Source: Proteromonas lacertae
Taxonomy: Eukaryota
Assembly: GCA_002245135.1 (NCBI GenBank)
Contig: NGBS01000006.1
Coordinates: 62,001-119,637 of the forward strand
DNA length: 57,637 nucleotides
Reading direction: 5' to 3'
Part shown: piece after piece, positions 12,640 through 24,985 of the stretch
Layout of the letters: every line of letters begins with the position of its first letter
Position numbering within the stretch: position 1 is the first letter of the stretch
The notes under the pieces: generated by a model
What the model was told of the DNA's origin: nothing
Databases searched by the model: none
What the model saw: the letters and a program-made list of their open reading frames with translations, nothing else
Translations under genes and position numbers: made by a program

Positions 12640-15600
12640 ATGAGAGTTTTAGTGATGTTGATGAGAATATTGATGATATGTGAGATATGTGTGAGCATAA
12701 TATGGAGTGTATGTCCTAACAGTTGTAGTGGACATGGAAGTTGTTCAAATTCTGTTTGTGTTTGTTTCAGTGACAGTGAGAGTGGTGAAAGTTACAGTGG
12801 CGTTGACTGTAGTTTACGTGGTTGTGCTCGTGGCAACCCTTTCAGTGCTGTTCGTTCAGTTTATCCTAGTTTAGGAGTTGGAAGTAGTTATTACTCTGTA
12901 AATCGTGAATTGTCTGAAGTAAGAGAAATGGAAGTAGAAGAAAGTGGTGGTTACCCATTGAAGTTAGTAGAAGGAAGTGTTGCTTTAGATAAAGATGGTA
13001 AACTATGGAAAGTGAGTGGAATCGAAAAATTGGTTGAAATATTCCCCAAAAGTGGTGGAATAATTGAATGTGAGTTTACTAATACAGCGGATAATACTGT
13101 TATTAAATCTTTAAATGTGATTAGTCATACTTCCACTTCAACTTATGTATTATTTGATGATACAGTTAAATCAATTGGCGATGGTGCTGATGATACTTAT
13201 AAAAGTGTTGTTTGTACTGATATTCTATCAATGAGAAATGATTTAACTCAAATTAAACCAACACCTGTGAAAGAAGGTCCAACCACTGCTCCTGGTTCAA
13301 GATTATTATCAAATAATACAAGACAATTAGGTGATCCAGTTACCTCCTCATTTACATGGAATGGATATTATTCAATTCTGAAAGATATGGGATTATTAAC
13401 ACCAAATAAAGAAACTCCAACTAAATATGAAAGTAATGAATTTGTATTTGCTTGTTATACTCTACCAGCTGTTGATTCAAGTGATTCAATAACTACTGTT
13501 GAGATAAAGAAATATACTGGTTTTATTGCTGAAAGAGAAGGAGAAACAGAGAATGTTTTATTTACAATATCAGGTGAAACAGCTGATAAAGTTCCTACTA
13601 AAGGTGATATGTGCTTATGTTTAATGGATGGTGAAGGAAGTGAAGTGAAATTAGAAGAAAGTGAAATATCTGAAAATATAAGATATGATGAAAGTGATAA
13701 GAAATATTATATAGGTAAATATAAAGATGCTGCTACTGCTAATGCTGATCATGTTGCTTATGGTACAGTTACTGATGGTGTTTTAACAATCACATCAACT
13801 CTCAAAGGTGATGATTTATTATATTTTGGTATTAACAGAGTTGTATATGGAACAATATTAGATGGAGGAATATTCAAAGAAATATTAGTTACAATGTCTT
13901 CTACTGATCCTTTAAAAACCTGTAACAATTACTGGTAACGTTGTTTTACCATATTTAAGATCATCAGCAATTAATCCATTAACACCATCACCAAAACAAA
14001 CAATTACTGCAAAATCAGGAACATTATATAAAGCATATTACTTTGCTGATAATTTATTAAATTCAATGAAGAAAGAAGGTGGAATATTGGAATGTGAATA
14101 TACTCCTACTGCTGCTCCTCGTGAAAGAATTTTAGCTGATGTGAAAGGAATAGTTAGAAATTGCAGATGGTGTAAATAAAGATACATTAAAATGCTCAGG
14201 TATAAAATCAATTAGAAATGATATGACAACTTATAATGGATTATCAGAGTTAGTAATGCAAAAAACTAGTGGTGGTGGTAGTGGTAGATTATTAACTGAA
14301 AATATCATTACATGGACAGGATATAGTCCAATACTAAAGAATATGGGATATGCAGAGAATAATGAAGTGAATTTTACATGTTTTAGAACAGATGATCCAA
14401 GTAAACTAATTAAGACTATTGAAACTACATTAAGTTATGATAAAACTACTCCCACAAATGCGTTATTTACATATACTCCTACATCAGAAACTGTTGCAAG
14501 AACTTATATTTGTTTTATGAAGACAAAATTTGATAAAACTGATGTAATTCTTGAAAATAGTGATATAAAAGATAAAATTGTATATGATAATTCATCTCCA
14601 AATAAGAATTATTATTTTGGTGAATATATTGTATCAACAGAAACAAAATATGAAAAAGAAACTGATGGAACTGAAGTAATTATATTAAATAGTGGAAGTA
14701 AATTTGAATTGAAAAATGATAATTCAGCATCAACAATAACAATTCCAGATTTTGAGAAAATACCAGAAGATATACAAACCAAATTAGTAACAGGTAATAC
14801 ATTTAAATTGAAAGTGATGAAAAAAGAATCATTTATTGAAACTACAGTAAAATGTACAATAAGCAGTATAACTACTCCAACTCCTGCTGCTGATCCTGCC
14901 GGTTCTAGAAGATCACTTGAATCAGTTAAGAAGATAATATCTTTTTCTCCAACTGATAGTAATATTAAATTTGATACTGATGATATTCCATTTTATGTAA
15001 TGTATTTGAATATTCCAACACCTTCACCAACTTCTGAACCAACTGAGAAACCTACAGAAACACCAATAACAGAAATAAACAATATTGATGTAAATTCCTA
15101 TTTTTATGAAATAAATAATTTCTTAGAAGATTTAACATCTGAATTACCATTAATAGGAGGAAAATTACAATGTAAAATAGATGAAGTTGGACATGTAGGA
15201 ATAATTGATGTAAAAGGAGTAAAAGGAAGTGTAAGTTATATGAAATTCAATACTGCAGTAAGTAATAGAAGAAGAATGATGAATGATATAATATCATTGG
15301 AGAATATAAAAGACTGTAAAATCACAAATGTGAGAAAAGATATGTCATTTTATAATGTATTAAAATTAGATAATTCGAATTATGTAAATGGAATAATGAG
15401 TTGGATTGGTTATGGTGAAATATTCCCTTCTTTGAATGGAAATATGATTTGTTATAATCCATCTAAAGAATCAAATAAAGAAATGACAATATATGAAAAT
15501 TTGAAGATTTATAAAATAAAGAATTTAAACAATAACAATAAATATGATATAAACATTCAATTTGGTGATAAAAAGCCAAGTGTTGATGATGTTTGCTATA

Positions 15601-16637
15601 TGTTAAGTAATGGAAATACTGCAATATCAATCGAATCAAGTGAATTGAATGATTTTATAAGAAAAGATTCTAATGGAAAATATTATTTTGGTAAAAGTGA
15701 AATAAAAGAGGATGGAAAAAGTGAAGAAATAAAGAAAAGTGATGGAAGTGTAGAAATATCAGTAAATAGTAATAAATTTGTTGATAGTTTTAGTAGTGAT
15801 GATGAAGCTGATAGATTTACAAATAATGATAATAAAAACAAATTGGATTTATTTGATATAAAAGAACCATCCTCTCCATCACTCTATATTCCTCCTGATA
15901 TGATCGGAATCGAAAGCCAAAAGATGGTAGTAGTAGGAAATACAGTCGAATTAATATTTATATCAAAAGGATCAAAAAGTGAAGGAAATGCTCAAATATT
16001 GAAGATAAATAAAGATAAATTAGAAAGATTTCAATTATTATTATCAAGTGCAATTTATCTTCCAACAAAACCAGATAGAAGATTAAGATCATTAGCTCCA
16101 GCTGATAGTATTGATGTTGATATGTTAGTAATAAATTTTAAGAGTGAAGGATCAACTCATGTTGCAATAGAATGTAGTGGTCAAGGAAGTTGTGACAGAA
16201 GTAGTGGTTTATGTAAATGCTATAATGGATTTAGTGGAAGTGCTTGTGAAAGATTAGATTGTCCAAATAACTGTAATGGCAATGGTCGATGTGTTGCTTT
16301 GAGCGAATTATTATCGAATGAAGAGTTAGAAGAATATATTGGATTTGGAAATAAACATGTAGGTAAATATGATGATGGAAGTAGTACTGTTAAAGATGTT
16401 CAGTTTTCAAATCAAGTATTTGGCTGTTTATGTGATAAGCGACATCGTGGATATGATTGTAGTTTAATCGAATGTCCATCTGGTGAAGATCCAGAAGAAG
16501 CAACAAACATGAATGGAAAAGAAGATGAGTTTAGAGATTGTAGTGGAAGAGGTATTTGTAATTACAATACAGGTGTTTGTGAATGTTTTGATGGATTTAG
16601 TGGTGAAGGATGTCAAAACCAAGTTGAAATGATGTAA
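12640..16637 (+). CDS. Secreted EGF/tenascin-like protein of the stramenopile mastigoneme/SIG type with a long internally repeated insert; two apparent +1 frameshifts (possible pseudogene or assembly error)
   Basis: Signal peptide, then CPNSCSGHGSC..DCSLRGC; C-terminal H..IECSGQGSCDRSSGLCKC..CPNNCNGNGRC..CLCD..DCSLIECPSGEDP..DCSGRGICNYNTGVCECFDG. An open frame bridges 13925-14155. Confidence 0.75.
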
Positions 16638-16785
16638 TATTATTTTTATTACCTTCATTCAATTCTTATTATTGAAATTATATTTTTGATTAACTATTAT
16701 ACTATGTTAATCGATATGAAATTGTTTTTGTTGTTGAAATACTATTACAATAAGATTAAAATGAAAAGAAAACTAAAATTTAATT

Positions 16786-19700
16786 CTATATATCAGTTGA
16801 AGTTTTTTTCCTTAAATCTTCATCAATCCAATAATCTCGAGTTATTTCATAGTTGATTAGTTCACTTGCTTTTCTATCAATCTAATCAAATAATATAATA
16901 TATAATATAAAATCATACATTACTTCCTACAGCTAATCCATAACTATTTATATCATTACTGTATTTATCTTTCATCACTTTTGTTCGAATTATTTCAATT
17001 GTGTAGATTCTACCAACATAATGACTTTTACCACTTAAAATACTACTTTTCTTTAATAACATCTCACTTCTAGCACTGGAAGGTCTTCTTGAAGAATATT
17101 TTGAATTTATTTTTGTTACTGAATTCATTGATATACTGTTTTGTCGAGATACTGTTGATTCACTTACTCTACTTCCATTACTATATATACAATTAACTAC
17201 TCTACCAATTATCTATTATTATTATTATTATATAAAATCATATATATATAAATATATACTAATCTTTCAATTCTTTCACTTTCATTTGGTATTTCATCTG
17301 CAAATAGTATTACATCACCTATTTCTATATCTATATCACTGTAACTTGTTTCAGTACATTCCACTGGAAATCCTCTATTCCAAATATCACTGTAAATTGG
17401 TTCACTTTCTGTTGTTTTTATCTATTAACATAATAATAATATATAATATACTGAAATTGAATCACTGTAATATCCATTGTAACATTTTGCTCGAATTAAA
17501 TAGTCTTTACATGGTTTTAAATTAGAAATTCGACAATAATTCAATTTACCTTCATAACATACATTCCAATTTCTATTTCGATAAATATAAATAAATATAC
17601 GTTACTCTATTTTCAACTGCCTTTATTTCAACTATATATTTATCATTATAATCATTTACTAATAAATAAAACATTATTATATACCTTGCTTCCATTTGAT
17701 TGAACAACTTCGAGATAAAACTTCTATTCTGGCTAAACATTCAACTCTTTCACTCAATGTATGAATTCTTATACTTTTAGAATATAATGAATTGGTAAAT
17801 GAATTAAATACTTGAATTGAAACACTATTTATATAATAAATAATACTAATAAATATATATACTCATAATCTGTATTTGGTATAAGATCACTAACAACTGT
17901 AAAATAGTTTTCATCAACTACAATATCCTCTGGACTTATATCATTATTACGATTGATTGTTCTTATTCGATATTTTACTGCATTAGTTTTAAACCAATTA
18001 TCAAATTCTTCAGCAGTTATTACACCGTTATTATCTTCATCAAATTTATTAAACAATTCTTCCATTTCTTTATCGTCTATTTTTAAACCAAATTCATTCA
18101 TTAATATTTTAAATTCATTTCGATCTAATACTCCATCATTGTTTTTATCATTATTCAACATTATATCATTGCTTGTCATATATTTATCATGAATTTTACT
18201 AAGTGCTTGATCAATATGGACTCCATGATGTTCAGGATGAAGTGCTTCTTCTTCATTACTCCATTTAGCTATTTCTTCATCTGGCTTCTTTAGTTTCGTT
18301 GTTTTTATTTCTATTTTTGGTTTATTGAATTTGTTATATCTTTTCCATTCTACACGAAAAGATCGACTATCAACACCACCACCAACAATTGATAAAGTTG
18401 GAGGATCAGGTGTAGCTAACAATGTACAAACAGTCTAAAGCACAGTGTATTAATAAATGAATATAAAATATACAGTGTAATCTGTTGGATCTGATATTGA
18501 CACTCCATCAGCTGATTTTATTAATAATCGAAATTGATAGATTGTTGATGGTAATAAATGATCTACAATTATCTCTGCAGATTTTCCAATATATTCATCT
18601 CTCCATACGTTATTAACATCATCAATACATCTTTGTAGAACATACATACATCCATTACGAATTGCTGCACTTGGAATACTAAAACAAAAATATAAAAAAA
18701 TATAAAATTATATACTTTTCAACATTCATATTAATAGCAAAGAAAGATACGAATTCTTCCCAACTTATACTATCACTATCATCATTGTTAATAACATCAT
18801 ATAAACTATTTAAAAATATAATTAAAGAATAATAATAATAATAATAATGCTATTATTAAAAAAAGGATATATTTTGGTTCTGGAATAGCTTCAGATTTCT
18901 TTGAAGTTGTTGAACCACCTGCATCTAATTTTGATTCACTCATTTTTGATTCACTCATTGTTTTAGAAGCATTATTATATTCCGTTTTGTCTAATGATAT
19001 TTTACTCTTTCCATATTTCGATATTTTCAAACTGTTTATAAATTCAGCCAATTTTTTGTCTTTTTCTAAACCTTCCATCAATTCTTCTCTGTCTAATGTT
19101 CCACTATGATCTTCATCTAATGCATCAAATATATACTATTAATAAATAATAATAATAATATAAAATATACTCTAAGTCTGTTAATCATATCTACTTTGTC
19201 TTTATTCACATCCCAATTCAATTTCACTGTATAAGCTGTTTTTCTTACTACCATAGGTTTTAATGGATGTCTTTCTGGTCTTGGATATACATTAATGTAA
19301 CTATAATCACTTTTACCATTCGCATTATAGGCAGTTACTCTATATGTATATTTTGTATAACAATTCAATCCTTTATCAACAAAGAAATTCTTCATATCTT
19401 CATCAGCTAATGAAATAATAATAATAATAGAAATATACGAGTAATTGGATCTTTATAAACATTTAAAAACTCATGAGCATCAATCAGTTTATCAATTGAA
19501 TAAAACATTACTACATCATTCTTATCACCAGGCTTATAGTTCAATGTAATACAGGAACAAGTATTATCTTCAAATTCATCACCAACTCGATAAGTAACTT
19601 TTGGTGGCATTGGTTTTGGAGTCTATATATATATATATAAATGATTATTATTATACAGTCAATAATGTCTTTGCCAATTTCTCTTTTAGTAATTGTGGAG

Positions 19701-19939
19701 CAGAAAGATATCTCAATATTTTCATATTATTAGACGTTGTTTCTATATTAAAATAAATAATAGATAAATACTTCTATTACATTGAGATTTCTCACATTTC
19801 TTTGGTGTTTCAAAGTCTTTATTATTGTGCAAATCACAAATGAATTTATTTTTTTTCCTATCAACATGACTAGGCATTTCAATTCCTTTAATATCTTTAC
19901 TAATAGATAGACCACAAAATGGACAAGCACTAAAAATAT

Positions 19940-19973
<34 letters not shown>

Positions 19974-20945
19974 GAATCCCAAATACACTTTTTCTTCATA
20001 GCTTCACTAACACTTCCACTTGGACCAGTAAAATCAATAAATTCATCATAACTTATTGTTTTACTATTATCAGCATCAAATGCTCTGAAAACTCTATCAA
20101 TTTCATTCTGATTTAAACGAATTGACATTAATGAACAGAAGTAGTTAAAATCTTTATGATTTAATACGAAATACTCTTTTGGAATATCTGATTGATTCTC
20201 AATACCATCTTTTAAAATTGAATAAATCATTGTTGGATTGACTTTCTTTTCAATTTTCATTTTTACGAACTTATCGAAGAAAGTATTAGCTAGTTGTCTT
20301 TCAAAATCACTTTCTGGAGAAAGTATCTTTAAGAATAATAATCTAGTACTTGTAGATATTTGATGAAACTATAATAAAAATAAAATTATATATAAATACA
20401 TCACATGAAACTGGTGGAACTAAATCCCAAATTGCTTCTAACAAATGTTGAGAGTATCTTACATTACCCCAATTAAAGAAATCATCTTTCAAAGTTTCAT
20501 CTATTGATTTTAAACATTCTGCAACAATCATTACTTTCTTATTCTCTTTATCTTGATCATCAGTGAAATTGTAATTCTTTAATCTGAATACTGGATCTTT
20601 TTTTTCTAATAATATTCTTTCTAAGTAGAATCGAGCTTTTTCCATGAATTCTTTCATTCCTTTCCATTCATTGAAATATTTAATACTCTATAAAATAAAT
20701 AAATAATAATTATAATATACTAATTCTTTCATTCTTTTTTCTTTCTCCCTTCTTTCTTGTTTCTTTTTACATGCCAATCTGTATAATGTTTCATCAACTT
20801 CACCAACATCATCTTTATAATATTCTTTTCTATTTGCACCTGTTTCAGCTAAAGCTCTTTTGTATTTATCAATTTCATCTTCATTCTTTGATTCAAAATG
20901 CATTCTTTTTAGCCCTAAATCATTCCATCTATTCAATTGAATATC

Positions 20946-20990
<45 letters not shown>

Positions 20991-22378
20991 TATACTTTCC
21001 ACTACTCTTGGCTTAGTTGAATGTGTTATTCCACTATCAACATTATGACGAGTAATCATTGGAATTGGTTTATCACCTTGCTATAATAGAATAATAAATA
21101 ATAGAATTATATTACAATACATATTTCTCTGGTAATAATGGTATTGGCAATTCAATTGTTGTTTTCACATATGAATTAAACTCCTTTTTACTTGCTTCTA
21201 CTTTCTCTCTATTCTTTTGATTTACTTCATCCATATTCTTCCTTTTATATGTGTCTAAATATATTTCTAATTGGCCTAAACCGTATTTATATAAAAACTT
21301 TCTATCACTTAATCCTTCAGTATCATCATTCTCCAATTTTTCCCTCAATTTTTCAACTTCTGTTAAATATATTGATTTTAACTTCTTCACTACTAATTTG
21401 TTTAATAAACTTGCATCTTTTTGAGCACTCTTTTTATCTAATTTAAATATAAATCATAAATATATATATATACTTGCTACAGCAGCTGGTGGTGGTTCTA
21501 AGCCAGTATTTCTTTGTTTTTTAGATTCATCTTTCTTGGATGGATCAGTATATCGTATATGTGTTAAAATATGTTTATCACCTGTGTTTTCTTGGAAATA
21601 AGTCTCTTGAGAAGCATTACTGAATTGTTTAAATATTGATTCACTTACTTCCACATTTTCAAAACTTGCATTACTTAATTTGTAGAAGTAAAGATATAAT
21701 TCTGCTAATGATTTTGGTTTACATGAACAGGTTGGATTATTTTTCTATATATATATTATTATATTTATACGTTACACACTCTAATGCATTTTCCACACAT
21801 TATACACTTTTCACTACTACAACTACATCTCTTTTCTCTCTTTACTATATCATCTGCTGGATCTCTACAATATACTTTATGATCACATTTCTTCCAATTA
21901 CCGTAGTATAAATCTATTGCTGCTAATGTTTTAGCTAAATCTTCGTATTTAATGCCTTCTGGGATTCTATATTCACCTTTTTTACTTAATGGGTTTATAA
22001 ATAATAAATTTAATTTTTCTTTCATGTCTGAACTAAGTGTTTTGGTTTTTAACCATTTATCGTATTGCTGTTGTGGTGTTAATTTTTCTTCAGTAGATTT
22101 AGGCATTTCTTCATTTTCTCTCATTTTTGAAGTTGTAGAAGTGGATCTATGTTGAAGGACAGTAGAATTAGAGTTTTGTCTTCGCAATACAGCTTCCATA
22201 GATGGTGGTGGTTCTTCATGCTTAGTCTCTTCTTTTGTTTCTTCTTTTGTTTCTGTTTTAGCTTCTTCTGATACAACCTATTTTAAAAAATATAGAAAAA
22301 ACATACAGATAAATTTGTATCAACTTTTGTTTCTGTTCTTACATCTTCTTTTGTCTCACTTACTTTACTTTCACTCAT
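16786..22378 (-). CDS. Large multi-exon fibronectin-III + EF-hand protein
   Basis: EF-hands DADNSKTISYDEF, DKNNDGVLDRNEF, DEDNNGVITAEEF; FN3 signatures GLNCYTKYTYRVTAYNANGKS, HLLPSTIYQFRL, DLIPNTDYE. Probable ATG 22378 and stop 16786; many micro-introns. Confidence 0.75.
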
Positions 22379-22503
22379 AAAAAAAGAATTTGTTTTTAAA
22401 TAAGTTTGATAAAACAAACCTCTAAAACGTTTTAAACTGGCTATATTTGTTTCAACTGTTTAAAAATATTGATTCGTTTCTATTCATTATTATTTTCTTT
22501 TAT

Positions 22504-23179
22504 ATGAAGAACAGCTTAAACAATGACGTAAGTCCTAATACACCTCTAAAACATCCAAATACAATAAGAGAACCGACAGTTTTAGGTTTGCGAAGTTCAA
22601 CGCAGAATAGAAGACTAATGACAGTCAAACAAAAAGCAAAACTTATAACACACAGAGTATTATATATTATTATACCAAAATATAGATTCATGAATCTGTA
22701 ATTTATAACATTTATATGATCGCTGTTGTTCTATTATGTATTATACTATTGTTTTGGAGTTATTTCGGTAAAAAGTATATTTTCAATATTTCATTTTTTA
22801 ATATAGTTTACTTTATAATAAATTTTACATCTTCTGCCAATTTATTGTAGTCTTATGTATATTTGTAGAATTTGTCTTTTTCTGTATTGCAAATGATTAT
22901 GTATAATATCAATTTTATATTATATTGTAGAGAATCTGTTCATTGTTATTTATTTTTGATATACTTGTAGCATTTGCAGCAATTTTAGCACTTATATTAT
23001 TATCTTCCAAAGCTATCAAATATTCACAACCAATCTACTATATAATACCACTTATGTACATAATTAGATATGCAAGTCCTTGTGCAAGATTTTCATCAGT
23101 ATTTCGTAATATTCAAAGACATTATCGTCCAGTAACAGAAGAAGACGATATAATTATAGATGATAGATCATCTGTTTAA
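22504..23179 (+). CDS. Stand-alone voltage-sensor-like (S1-S4) membrane protein, 3 introns
   Basis: Removing three short GTAT..TAG introns gives four hydrophobic segments, with acidic S2 (CIFVEF), S3 (FIFDILV) and an Arg-bearing S4 (IIRYASPCARF). Confidence 0.5.
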
Positions 23180-23293
23180 TTCTTTATAATTTATAAAACT
23201 ATATGTGTATATGAGAGGTTAAGAAAAACATATTTAAATAGTAAAAAACAAAATTATCATTTTTAAATTATATAACACTCATTCTCTAACTAA

Positions 23294-24945
23294 TTAATAG
23301 TCCAATTTGTCATATAACACTTGACATGCTTGTATTGATTGTCTAAACAATAATAATCATAATAATATACAAATCTGTATGTACGGCTAATAAATCATGT
23401 AAAATACTCTTCATACTACTCAATATTGTGTAATTTGATCTAATCTGATCGATTATATCATTTAAACATAAACTACATGCCTTAATCACTACGTTATGGT
23501 TGGTAGATTTAAATCCTAACATACATAACCTAACAAAAGCTTGAAGTTCATAAAGCGTAAAAATATCAATTTCTGTTGTGTTTACAATTGAAGCGAGTAA
23601 ATCAAAATAAATTTGAGCCATAAAAGTATTGGTTTTAGGGTAATATCGATACATTGCTGTAATAATCTAATTTAAAAATAAACAAAATGTAATAATAATA
23701 CTGGTAATCTTAGATTTGTTTCTCTACTAATAAATGAATACACTAATTCAGCAAATCTCATGAAATAAATATTAAAAGAATCTAATTTAATTAATGGTAT
23801 AATTGATGATTTATATAAACAACGAATTTCACTAGAAAATTTTATACAATTATTTACAATTCTAAAACAATAATTATATATATATATATAAGAATATTTA
23901 TACTGATTTATTAATGATAAAAGATAATTAATTCCTTCATATTCTTCAATATTATTTTCATATACCAATATGCTCAATTTATCAGATATGAATTTAATAA
24001 TATCTGCTTGTAATGGATCCATTTTAGTATAGAATTGGATGATCATTTCAATGTAAAAATTATTCTGATAATGATCTGATTCACATATTTTAGAAATTAA
24101 CTAAAATAGAATTAATATATATATTATATATATACAGAAGATACAAAATACTTTGGAAGTATTGGAATTATTACTGAAGGATGAAAAGTAATTGAATAAC
24201 AAACACTATTTAAAAGATTATTAGTTTCCTATTACAATATAAAGAAACATATATTTATTTTACATTTCTTAATTTGAAATAATCTTCATTCATTTCATCA
24301 TCTCTGTAAAAATTATAACATGTTTGAATCTATATATAATTATAATTATAAATACAAATTCAAATAAATATCTGCCAAATATTGGATTTCCTAAAACTGT
24401 ATTACAATTCCTTATTTTTTGAGATAATAATCGCATTTTCTATTAATTAGACGTGAAATTATACTTCTATTAGTTCATCTAAGTATATATCTTTAGTCTC
24501 TACATCACTATTATAGAGTATATTAACGTCAATTGAACATTTTTTTAGTATCTTAGTATATTCGTCATCTTTTACTACTCTTTGAATTTTAATGTCATTT
24601 AATTCATCGCTATAAGCATGTCTTCTTACTGGTCGCTGAACAACAGGCTTTTTCTTTTGAGGTGGTTCAGGAAGATGTTCAGTTTTACTTCTTTGAAGTG
24701 CCAGAGAATTTATGGCACAATCTAAAGATGAAATAGTGATAGTATTTTTTCTTTGATAAAATTCTGATTCATTTCTGTTATCTGAATTCGCTCTTGTCCA
24801 TGAAGTAGCTGAAAAAGACTTTGGTCTAAAAATCGGAGGGAAACTTGGTGATTTGTCCTTTTTGAGGGTTGTTTTCGTTTTTGATAAAACACAAAAAGCT
24901 TGTGAGCTTGAATAAACAGATCTTTTTGTTTTTTTTTGTCTTTTC
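23294..24945 (-). CDS. Divergent PP2A regulatory subunit B56 (B')-like protein, multi-exon; start codon not located
   Basis: Co-linear resemblance to B56 blocks: GINYLLSLIN, IIPLIKLDSFNIY, AELVYSFISRETNL, RYYPKTN, FKSTNHNVVIKA. Confidence 0.55.
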
Positions 24946-24985
24946 TAACCTCTGTAAATATATATTTTTGAATATTTTATGTATT

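Noticed and set aside
24869..24985. Hydrophobic N-terminal extension of PTEN (TPTE-like TM)
   Set aside because: It comes from a TTG start in T-rich upstream DNA; the ATG at 24986 followed by a typical intron is the better start.
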